From a virus (lineage: Duplodnaviria > Caudoviricetes): a stretch of DNA of 64,000 bases. Shown here in pieces: positions 55,081-64,000 of the stretch; position 1 is the first letter of the stretch; the number at the start of each line of letters is the position of its first letter. The position numbers and the translations under genes were made by a program. Where the stretch lies: IMG/VR virus record IMGVR_UViG_3300033463_000020; one strand, written 5' to 3'. Under the pieces are notes generated by a model. It was given only the letters and a program-made list of their open reading frames with translations. It made no database searches and was not told the DNA's origin.

Positions 55081-58000
55081 ATGGATGAGCTTCCTTATGT
55101 TGAACGTGAAGTTCAACCTATTCTTGTAAATATTGTGCCTAGTGTCGAAGCTTCTACTGCTTTGCCCGTCTCCTCTGACCAGCTATGTTTGGTTAAAGAC
55201 GATTATTTTGAAACCACCAATCACAAGGTATCCGCGGTTACGGCCACTAGCACAGAGACCGATTATCCCACGATCAATGCGGCCAGAGCGGGTTTATGTG
55301 CCACCGATCCGTTGTATATTGAAATGTTGGAGAACGGTTATGTTGGGTTTAAGCAAGAGGGGTCGGTTGGTAGCGGCAAGGCAATCTCATACTCTACTGA
55401 CCGAGTAAATTGGATCGACACTACCCTTGCAGCCGTTACGGGGACTGGTAATTTAATTGCGGTGTCTAGCGGGTAGAGGATTTATTTTAAATCTAGTGAT
55501 AATATTGAGCTGCACGCTAGTACTTTTAATTATATTCGTATGGTCGTGGTTCAAACAAACGCGGTGGACGGTACTATTGCTTCTTACAATGTTGGGGGCG
55601 CGCTAGCGTCTTTGTTTAATTACATGCCCCCGGATGGTCTATCTGGTGTTACGAGTAACTTTTTTCGAGAGTCCGGTGTAGTAAGTGCTGAAGATCTGGA
55701 TGTAAGCGTAGGAGGGATTGGCTATCCATGTCGGGCCATGTTTTATGGCTGTGCATCATTAATAGCTGCGCCGACGTTATCAGCGAGCACGCTCCGTCCT
55801 TACGCGTATCTAGACATGTTTCGTAATTGTACCGCTTTAACTAAAGCGCCAGCGTTACCGGCTCCAATAATGACGAATTATTGCTACGAACGCATGTTTA
55901 AGGGGTGTACCGCTTTGGTCGACATGCCCGTGATTGGCGCAACTGTTACGGCTGATTACTGCTGTGAGGAAATGTTTGCCGACTGCGCTGCTTTAACGAC
56001 AGCGCAACCACTGTGGGCGTCCACCATGTCTTTACAGTGTTATAAAAACATGTTTAAGAACTGCACGGCCTTAGTATAGCTTCCCTAGCTACCGGCCACC
56101 GTATTGGCTGAAAGTTGTTATTATGGAATGTTTGACGGGTGCTCGAACATTAAATTATCTGCCACCCAAATAACTCCATACTTAACTTTGTATAAAATAC
56201 CAAATACCCCAGTATTTTATTATGACACCTTGTGGAACACTACTATAACGACTACGCCCGACTCCGAAGCAACTATGGCCAATACGCTCTTCACTTATTC
56301 GCCGGCGGCCGTCACGCTATCCACGGCACGCTATGTGCGTGATACGACTAATGGGAGCAGCGCCAACGCATCCAACCACTGGAATGAAATAAAAATTTGG
56401 TATAATGGTGAGAATATTGGTAAATCTAAACCAATCTATGGAAGCAATGGCACCACATACACTAATTCAGTAGCCAATGATGATGTAATAAATAATAGTT
56501 ATATCGATTTAGGCTCTGGGGAAAAATCGGTCATTGTAGATTTGGGAGCCTCTTATGCTATTGGTGCTGTGTTTATCTGGCATTATTATGCTGATGGGCG
56601 GACATATTATGGTAATGTGACAGAAATATCTGATGACGGGGAGAATTGGGGTGTTATTTATTCGGGCCAAAAGAAAGAAACTTCCAGTGGTAATCAAATT
56701 GAATTTACATTGCCGGGCACCTTTACGAACAGGACTGGAATGAACGTCCGAGGTTGTACATTAACAGGCCTGACATTCGCTTCGAATTCGACTAATTATG
56801 ATAGTATGTATTGTGACTCTGCTGGTAATTTTTACTATGGTTCCAATGGGATCAATACCAAAGTCTACGATATATCTACTGGTTGGGTTAATAGCGCATA
56901 TTAGAATTTGATCGTGCCGGGCGATAAGAGTCAGTTTGAAAATTTATTTGCGAATAATAGTAGTAATTTATATGATCCCACTGCTGTAACCACCGGATAT
57001 TATATTAATGCCTCCGGAGTGCTAACGTCAGATAGTACTTCTTAGGCATCTGCTTATATTTCTGTCGTACCTGGACATTCCTATACTTGGACTGGAGTAT
57101 CTGGTAAAACAGGCACCAATAATAAAAGAGCCGTGGGATATGCTACTAATGATTAGGCCACGGGTACTGCCATCAATTCTGTTGCCGTAACAGGAACGGG
57201 TGTGGATTATAATAACACTTTTACCGTGCCCACTGGTATGAACTATGTTAGGTTGTCATTTAATATTGCCGATACAGATGTTGTATTGATAGATAATGAT
57301 GCCACTGATATGGGAGATTGGTTGACTTTTAAGCAGTAGAATCTAACAATTGTCTATGGATGGGATATTAAAGGGCAGTCTCTTACCATGCCTTTTACCT
57401 CTAATTCTACTGATTATTCAGTTTTAAGTGTTGATGCCACTGGCAATATACTTTATGACACCACTATCGCGTATAATGCTTCGTCTGGATGGGTCAATAA
57501 TAATTATAAAACAATTCGTACTACCTTCCATACTTCCCCCGCATTTGTTGGCGCCGATACTTGGCTTCCCTTCTATACCGCTAACAAATTTTCAGTGACG
57601 GGCCCTACTACTATTACAGTTCCTACCAACGCATTAACTGATATGTTTGCTAATACAGGGGGCTTGTTTACGGGCACCCCCACTATTAATACAGCATATT
57701 GGTTATCTATACCCACTATTGAACGGGTGTTTGAATGGGATTACACAGATGGTAATAATGGATTATTATCTGTCGGCTCCAGCGTTGCAGATGCAGCTTA
57801 TGAATATAGATCAAATGGATTATATTTATATTCGGGTACAACATCATGGCAAGGTATCAATGTTGGTTTTCCAAGCGCGCTTTATTCAAGATTAAAAAAC
57901 ACAATCACTTCAATATCGATTGAGATAAGCTATATTGATCATGATACAACCAAAGGGCAGCTCGACGCTGTAATAATACCAACTACTAGAACTACGAACA

Positions 58001-58296
58001 TATGTAGTGCAAAGATTTATTTTTTAGCGAACGGTGGCATGCGAGGTTCCGGTCGAGGCAATCTATGGAATTTTAGCGACTCCCATCCATCAGCAGGTAC
58101 CGTTAAAGCAACCGTAGATTTTAGCACCGACATGTTTACGGCTTTTTTAGATGGCACGCAAGTTGGTACCATTAGTGAAATTACAACTAATTTAGGTAAT
58201 AATGGTTCAGCCTTGTTATCTGTGACCAACAATGGTACCGTGGGTACTGCCACGATTACACATATTCGTATAACTTGGCAAGAAGCTTCGCTGTAA
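55081..58296 (+). CDS. Multi-domain adhesin (1071 aa): Cys-rich BspA-like LRRs, F5/8-like and CBM-like inserts; TAG=Gln
   Basis: P.LPA..L...CY..MF.GCT.L repeats; RYVRD..NGS..N..NHW.EI discoidin-like motif; pieces joined by TAG. Confidence 0.78.
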
Positions 58297-58307
58297 GGAG
58301 GTGCGCA

Positions 58308-59234
58308 ATGGCTTAGGTTCAAATACAAGAGCAATACTTGATAAACATTGCGAGCACGCTGCGGCGAAAATGGCATAGTACCGATACCTGGCTACCCGCA
58401 GAAATGCCATCACTTATTACACCACTGGGTATGTGGGACTGGGTTAAAGATGATGGCTCCCACTATTTTTATCTGACTATTGATGAATAGTGGCAATTGA
58501 CACAAGTATTGAATTTAAAGTTGACTGGTACTATTGATTGGGGTGATAATGCTACTACGTCATGTGCCCATACTGCGGTCACCCAAGAATCCCATACCTA
58601 TCTCAATTATGGTACTTATGTTATCCATGTTACTAGCACTGGTAATAGTATGATTTGGGGCGCAAATAATTTTAATTCAAACGCCATAGCGCGGTTGGCT
58701 GTAAAATATTATGAATTGGGAAGAGGTTGGACGTATGAAAGTAATGCTTTTGCCAATTTGTAGGCGGTAAAATGTATCTTTTTTCATGCCAGCGATCTCT
58801 CACAAGGGACTGACGGGGCCTTATTGAATTTGGCGGCCTCATGGACGGGATATACGTCATTAAATTATATTAAAAGTATAACGCCCATTACTATGACCAG
58901 TTCTGTAAGTACCTACTTTCCGCAGTTACTCGGATTTGATTGTCCCAGTGTAACTGCTAATGGTGCTACATACTATGCTGATCCATGTAATTATCATTTA
59001 ACACCTTTTGTCCCAAATACTATAGGACAATATAAACGGGTGGTCACTGGGGCCATCTCGTCCAACATGACAGTGGACGAGCTGCATATGACGCCCACGA
59101 CCCCTCCATCTTTAAGTGGGACAATCTCGTTTATGAACCTTAACTCTAAAATTTTTGTACCCACGAGTGCAGTGTCCGCTTATTAGTCTGCAACGAACTG
59201 GGCAAATTATGCAGACCGTATAGTAGGTGAATAA
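58308..59234 (+). CDS. PKD + degenerate BspA-LRR protein; TAG=Gln
   Basis: RBS AGGAGG; MA(Q)VQI start; IDWGD...HTY...G.Y; PTTPPSL...KIFVP...AY(Q)SATNW. Confidence 0.75.
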
Positions 59235-59236
59235 TC

Positions 59237-60328
59237 ATGGGACAAGTAACTATTTCTGAAACAACACTGGCAAAAATTGGCCACGCGACTCGCACAGCCA
59301 TGTCTGTACCATCTTATAATATACCGATAGGTGATTGTCGTTTTAGGGATTTGGAAAATGTCGAATATGATTTAGCGCATATCGATACTGAACATATGTG
59401 GGACTGGGCAGTTAATGATGGCGGAACTTATTTGCATCTTGTAGTAGTGGACCCTGGATATTTAACCGTGACTATTTTTGTCAAGATAACTGGTACTTTA
59501 TACTGGGGCGACGGTAGTGCGGTAGAAACTTACACGGACTCTGCCGCTACGTATCATACTCATACTTATCCCGCCATCGGACGATACGTAGTCAAACTTA
59601 GTGGTACAATTGTCTTGGGAACTTCATCTCATTGTATGGCGGGGTCGGAGGCATTGGTGTAGCGATATCTACAAAAAATCGAAATAGGCGCAAACACCAC
59701 CTTTTCTTCTGGCGGAGTAAATGCTCCGCAAGCGTGGTTCATTTATTTTTCAAATACTTCAAATGGAAGTAACAACTATAACTGGCAAGAGAGCCCATTT
59801 AGATTTATGTATATCAATAAGGTAACCGTTCAAGTGCCCACTTATGGCATGTCGGGCTATAGAGGGTGCCAATTAAAAGCGATCTATGGAGATGGGTATA
59901 TAAAGATGGAGGGTACCCATGCATTCCGGGGTACCGCCTTTTATACAATGGATCATGTAGAGGTTGATTTGGCAACAGCGTCACCAAATAGTAGATATTT
60001 TAATTATGGTGGTTAGCTATGCAACCGTCTACATTTTAAAAATCCCCTTGGAACTTCATAGGGTATGCCTAATTATGTAACGGGATCATACTACTATATT
60101 AATTTTCCATCAAATCTCACTTCATTTAATGATTCAACTTCTTCCTTAACTATTTTATCCGAGGGAGAGCTTCATTGCCAAGCAACTACTCCGCCTACGC
60201 TTCGCTCTGGCTCAATTACTTGTTAGGCTGGTGCAAAAATATATGTCCCTGTTGGATACCTAGCCACCTACCAAGCAGCTTCAAACTGGTCTGCTCTCGC
60301 GGATTACATGCAGGAGGAACCATCATAA
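59237..60328 (+). CDS. PKD + degenerate BspA-LRR protein, paralogue of 58308; TAG=Gln
   Basis: WDWAV.D.G..Y..L, WGDG, HTYP, TTPPTL...KIYVP...YQAASNW. Confidence 0.75.
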
Positions 60329-60564
60329 TGCTAATTATCGACAATAACTATAAAACAAGAGGAGACGGCGTGGTTCTCAAACGTACCTATTCCGATTCTA
60401 ATCGTTACATCGTAACGTCCGCTGGCATCTACTATAATGAGGCCGTCGATGTGCCGGGGTGCCCCAATGTATATTTTGAGACGCCATTTTCAATCGACGA
60501 ATATGATATTTGTGGAGATGGCATCCGTAAGAAACCCGCCAGGGACGGGGGGGACCAATTATAA
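60328..60564 (+). CDS. Small phage protein
   Basis: RBS GGAGG; R.DGV.L.RTYSD...G..Y.EAVD motif. Confidence 0.7.
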   Translation: MLIIDNNYKTRGDGVVLKRTYSDSNRYIVTSAGIYYNEAVDVPGCPNVYFETPFSIDEYDICGDGIRKKPARDGGDQL

Positions 60565-60776
60565 TGTACTATCTTTTGGAATATCGTCAAAATCTGGATG
60601 GGGTCTATAACACAGCAATTTATACGTATGATAATGAAATTGACGCCAGGGCTGACATGTATTCAAAAATGGCCGCCCTTATCACGAGCGGAGACTATAT
60701 CGGCGCCTTTTTGTAGGTTGTTACCCCGGCCGGTGTCCCGTTATATGAAATAGCGTGGCCAGAAATGATCCCCTAA
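60564..60776 (+). CDS. Small protein, distant paralogue of 60801 and 29126 (1 TAG)
   Basis: YYLLEYRQNLDG...AIYTY...MYSKMAA. Confidence 0.62.
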
Positions 60777-60800
60777 AAAGTCAAAGGAGACAAAGAATAA

Positions 60801-61055
60801 ATGGAAGAAAGAACCTATCTTATTGAGCTGCAGCTCAGGCCGGACGGACAGATCAACAGCGCAATTAGCACCTACAGTACACCTACAACCACCCTGGCCA
60901 TGTATTATCAGCGCTGTGCTGCTGCCGTCAGTTCTACACAATTTACCAGCGTGACGCTCATGATCGTTGATCTCGAGGGCCGCCTCGTACAGTCGATCAA
61001 ACTCAAGACCTCGTACGTCCCGCCGGAGCCCGAACCCGAAGAAGATCCAGAATAA
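60801..61055 (+). CDS. Small protein with PE tail
   Basis: RBS AGGAG; paralogue of 29126. Confidence 0.75.
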   Translation: MEERTYLIELQLRPDGQINSAISTYSTPTTTLAMYYQRCAAAVSSTQFTSVTLMIVDLEGRLVQSIKLKTSYVPPEPEPEEDPE

Positions 61056-61076
61056 TTATAAGGGGGAATAAAATAC

Positions 61077-61907
61077 ATGTTTTATTTGCGGACTTTAGAT
61101 GATACGGCCTGGTCGATCGCAGACGTAACAGGGCCGATAGGAACTGGCACGCACATTTTTGAGATCAATTTTACTGCGAACGATCAGGAGTACAATTCTA
61201 TCCGTTTCGTAGACGGAGCGGATTCCGGTAAAATTTATTTCGGTGCCACGCTTGTGAACGAGTATCCACAGGGTGGTTGGGTCAATACGGCATATCAAAA
61301 TGTCAAGATCGCCGGTGGTGTGGATGCCACCAATCCCTCCCTGCTATCTTGGTTCCGGCAAAATGCGAAGAATCTAACCCCCAGTAACGACGATGCTAGT
61401 ATTACCCAGGCCTTGCAAAATATCGCCGAGGCCATCTCGGGCGGAGGTGGCGGCGGTGGGCTGCCCGATCCTTCGGAAGCATCTGCGGGTGATGTCCTCT
61501 CCCTTGACGAGGACAAAAAGCCTACATGGGCGGCTCCGAGTGGGGGCGGGGGAAGGGTTGTTAAATGCACGGGAACGGCGGCTGCCATTGAACCCGGAAT
61601 TATAATCCCGTTGGATATTTACCCCGAAGAATTTATAGCCGCATTCACAGCCGCCACGGCATCTCCGTTGTATATACTCCTGCCGAGAATAACCGCGGAA
61701 TCTCCTTATTATTCGTATGATGATGAGGGAGCCCCAGATTGGTTTGGGATGTATCTTATAGACGGACGCTCAAATGGGTTTGGCAATTACAAGATAAACA
61801 GCTCGCAAGATTATGTTACAAGTAATGCAAGAGTTTCCGATCTTTCCGTGGTGATCGGTGACTCACTCGATGATCAAATGCTTTTGTTGATCCCGAGCGG
61901 TAAATGA
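61077..61907 (+). CDS. Virion fibre-like protein, paralogue of 42627
   Basis: Shared N-terminus and GGLPD.S.ASAGDVL linker. Confidence 0.72.
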   Translation: MFYLRTLDDTAWSIADVTGPIGTGTHIFEINFTANDQEYNSIRFVDGADSGKIYFGATLVNEYPQGGWVNTAYQNVKIAGGVDATNPSLLSWFRQNAKNLTPSNDDASITQALQNIAEAISGGGGGGGLPDPSEASAGDVLSLDEDKKPTWAAPSGGGGRVVKCTGTAAAIEPGIIIPLDIYPEEFIAAFTAATASPLYILLPRITAESPYYSYDDEGAPDWFGMYLIDGRSNGFGNYKINSSQDYVTSNARVSDLSVVIGDSLDDQMLLLIPSGK

Positions 61908-61929
61908 ACGGTCATAAAATAAATAACAG

Positions 61930-61958
61930 TTGACGGTACGTACCCATCCCAATATAAT
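61930..61958 (+). promoter_or_regulatory. sigma70-type promoter with CCCAA extension
   Basis: TTGACG-17bp-TATAAT; AAATAACAGTTGACGGT is identical to the 4633 promoter. Confidence 0.85.
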
Positions 61959-62033
61959 ACGGGTGATAACGAGACAGCCAATTCTCGCGATCACCGTTTC
62001 AATACTCACTTTTAAGAAAGAAGGACTAGTCGA

Positions 62034-62384
62034 ATGAAACTTTCTACCATTATCGGTGCCCGCAATACTCTCAGTGGAATCACTGCAGAGCTTCCGTTCA
62101 GTGTCGCGTACAAGATCGCGAAATTCGTGGAGAGCACCGAGGCCGCGGCCAAGCTGTTTGACGACAAGAGACAGGCTCTCGTGGAAGAGTACGTTGTCGG
62201 CGAAGGCGAGGCGCGCCACATTCCTGATGAAAAACTCAACGAGGTCAACGAGAAGCTGACCGATCTGGGCAACGAAGACATTCCGGATATCAAGCCGATC
62301 TTCGAGCTCAAGGATCTGGACGAGCTCAAGTTCACACCCGCGCAGGCCTATGCTCTGCTCGAACTTGTAAAGCCCATAGAGTAA
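62034..62384 (+). CDS. Hypothetical phage protein
   Basis: Has its own promoter, RBS and terminator; LPFSVAYKIAK...R..LVEEY motif. Confidence 0.75.
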   Translation: MKLSTIIGARNTLSGITAELPFSVAYKIAKFVESTEAAAKLFDDKRQALVEEYVVGEGEARHIPDEKLNEVNEKLTDLGNEDIPDIKPIFELKDLDELKFTPAQAYALLELVKPIE

Positions 62385-62396
62385 TTACCGGGATGA

Positions 62397-62436
62397 GGGA
62401 GGCGCACGGGGATCTCCCGTGCTCCTCCTTTTTTTA
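62397..62436 (+). terminator. Rho-independent terminator
   Basis: GGAGG(C)GCACGGG-GATCT-CCCGTGCTCCTCC followed by T7. Confidence 0.8.
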
Positions 62437-62488
62437 CCCCCCTGTCATCTTTTGTTCATATTTGATTCATAAAAAGGAGAGCCTAAAA

Positions 62489-62710
62489 ATGCGAAAATTT
62501 AGAAGAGAAATGCTTCGGCGCGAGGCCGTAAAGCAGAAGGTCAGTCCGAGCAAATATGTTCGTCTGGCCTGGGATATTATGCAGAAAAAGCTTGTCGGTG
62601 AGAATATTCGCAAGCGTAATCAGGCCCGCGGAACCCACAAAAGGAGCACCTGGAAGGCCCGGATGACGGCCTCCACACGCATCCAAAAAGCTATCAAGAG
62701 CAAGGAATAA
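62489..62710 (+). CDS. Small basic protein
   Basis: RBS AAGGAG; K/R-rich. Confidence 0.6.
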   Translation: MRKFRREMLRREAVKQKVSPSKYVRLAWDIMQKKLVGENIRKRNQARGTHKRSTWKARMTASTRIQKAIKSKE

Positions 62711-62718
62711 GACCGGGC

Positions 62719-62898
62719 ATGGACATCAAAACCTGCGAAGAATACGTGCTGGCGGAGCTGAAACAGGCCCAGCTGGAGGCCCGCTATTGGCATAAACGCG
62801 CCAGTATTCTGGCCTAGAAACTCGCCATCTACGAGGCGGCTGCCAAACTCCGCAAGGGGCCTCGCCCCACCCCGGAGTCTCCGCCTCCCACCGATTAA
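62719..62898 (+). CDS. Small hypothetical protein (1 TAG)
   Basis: MDIKTCEEYVLAEL start; open under code 15. Confidence 0.55.
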
Positions 62899-62910
62899 CG
62901 CTTTCCGGCC

Positions 62911-63159
62911 ATGAGTCGTTCCACCAAAATCCCGTTTTTCGACACCTTCTACGCGGTGTACACCCTTACCATTCTGGCGGCCCTCTTCCTGATCGGTGCG
63001 CTGGACGGTACCCTCCAGGGTACGCTCTTAGCTCTCTACCAGCTGCCCCTGGCCTATATCGCCTTCCACAACAACCCGATCATCGACCTCCTCCACTCTC
63101 CCACTCCCTCCCTCACCCCCGACGACTCTGATGACTCCCGTTTTGACCAGCGCGGCTGA
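62911..63159 (+). CDS. Small membrane protein
   Basis: Two hydrophobic segments. Confidence 0.45.
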   Translation: MSRSTKIPFFDTFYAVYTLTILAALFLIGALDGTLQGTLLALYQLPLAYIAFHNNPIIDLLHSPTPSLTPDDSDDSRFDQRG

Positions 63160-63360
63160 TCCCGGGGGCGACCAGGGAAGGGAACCTTAAGGAGGGATAG
63201 GTAGGGTGGGGGTACCCCCCACACCCCTTATACATCCATAGAGTCTTCTTTACTCCATAGATACTCCGTAGGACTGGAAGAATAATCCTCGTAATATAGT
63301 CTGCGAGTGTAACGAGCAGATTATATTTCTTCAGGATGGGGTTCTAGGGGGAGAGCCCCC

Positions 63361-63430
63361 TTTCCTCCCGTTTCGTCTGTCCTCATCCCATTTCGCTCGA
63401 TTTCGCTTAATTTCGTCTCCGTTTCGCTTA
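63361..63430. repeat. Helically phased TTTCG repeats
   Basis: TTTCG at 63371, 63391, 63401, 63411 and 63422 (TTTC at 63361). Confidence 0.65.
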
Positions 63431-63532
63431 CGGAGTTTTCAGATCTCCCCCCATCCCTTTCAACCCCGTATTACCCCGTATCCGATTTTACCCTACCATT
63501 CCCAAATCCTCGAAGGAGCCTATGTCGATATC

Positions 63533-63823
63533 ATGAACCCTCAGGAATTCTGCTCAATCGTCAAGAACAAAGCAGCCGCATTTCTTAATTTCCGTTTTTG
63601 GGACAGAGGAGAGCACCAGTTCACCCCGGACGACATTTCCGTGGTTTGGGATGCCCAGGTTCTCCAGAACCACCTGGCCGTTGCCATCGTCCCCCTCCAC
63701 CCCACTCTTTTTTTCGAGTTTACCTATGACGGGGACAAAGACGAGCTTCGCATGGACATATACATGAAGACGGACAGCGTCTGCACCCCCCACCCCCGGG
63801 CATCGTGCCCAGACATGTTCTGA
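63533..63823 (+). CDS. DUF6275-like phage protein
   Basis: VVW..QVLQN..A...FEFTYDGDKDEL..DIY.K signature. Confidence 0.7.
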   Translation: MNPQEFCSIVKNKAAAFLNFRFWDRGEHQFTPDDISVVWDAQVLQNHLAVAIVPLHPTLFFEFTYDGDKDELRMDIYMKTDSVCTPHPRASCPDMF

Positions 63824-64000
63824 GCCATGACCGCCCGTTTAAGCCAATAAAAACAGGTTTAGGCTAAAAATACCCCCCAACCTTTCCAAAACACCCCTCA
63901 GGACAGTATGCTTTTGTTCATGTTTGGTGTGTTTTTAGCCCAAACCCTGAATTTCCAATATCTGCAACCGGAATTTACACCCCATCGGGTATGGTCCCGG

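Noticed and set aside
29896-61907. Diversity-generating retroelement acting on fibre genes
   Set aside because: No reverse transcriptase and no TR/VR pair differing only at adenines; repeat differences are synonymous.
2-62898. Widespread pseudogenisation or sequencing errors as the cause of broken ORFs
   Set aside because: Breaks are exclusively TAG, never frameshifts or TAA/TGA; catalytic motifs are intact; a matching suppressor tRNA is present.

Overview
This is a 64-kb fragment of a large tailed dsDNA phage. The host is probably Firmicutes/Clostridia, inferred from GGAGG ribosome-binding sites and sigma70-type promoters. All supported genes lie on the + strand. The fragmented ORF track is an artefact: the phage reads TAG as glutamine (code 15). 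Same-frame ORF pieces join across TAG, TAG sits at conserved Gln positions (PD-(D/E)XK 'QL', PhoH 'GDxxQID', and repeat copies that use CAA/CAG), and a CUA-anticodon suppressor tRNA is encoded at 26139-26213. Layout: tail/baseplate genes (1-4304); recombination and replication genes (SSB, Sak/Rad52, DnaB, primase, DnaE, RecD2, two PD-(D/E)XK nucleases); a sulfur/nucleotide-salvage cluster (IscS, dUTPase, FTR-like protein, nucleoside deoxyribosyltransferase, NCS2 permease with altered motifs); ClpP; and a 3.7-kb tRNA island with 8 tRNAs, 4 aberrant tRNA-like elements and several structured non-coding stretches. About 32 kb of modular fibre/adhesin genes follow (including a 2105-aa repeat protein and a Hint-domain fibre), then an origin/terminus-like non-coding tail. 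A sigma70 promoter with a conserved CCCAA-TATAAT extension recurs 8 times. Joined CDS coordinates were read by hand under code 15, and family calls come from motif recognition, not database searches.
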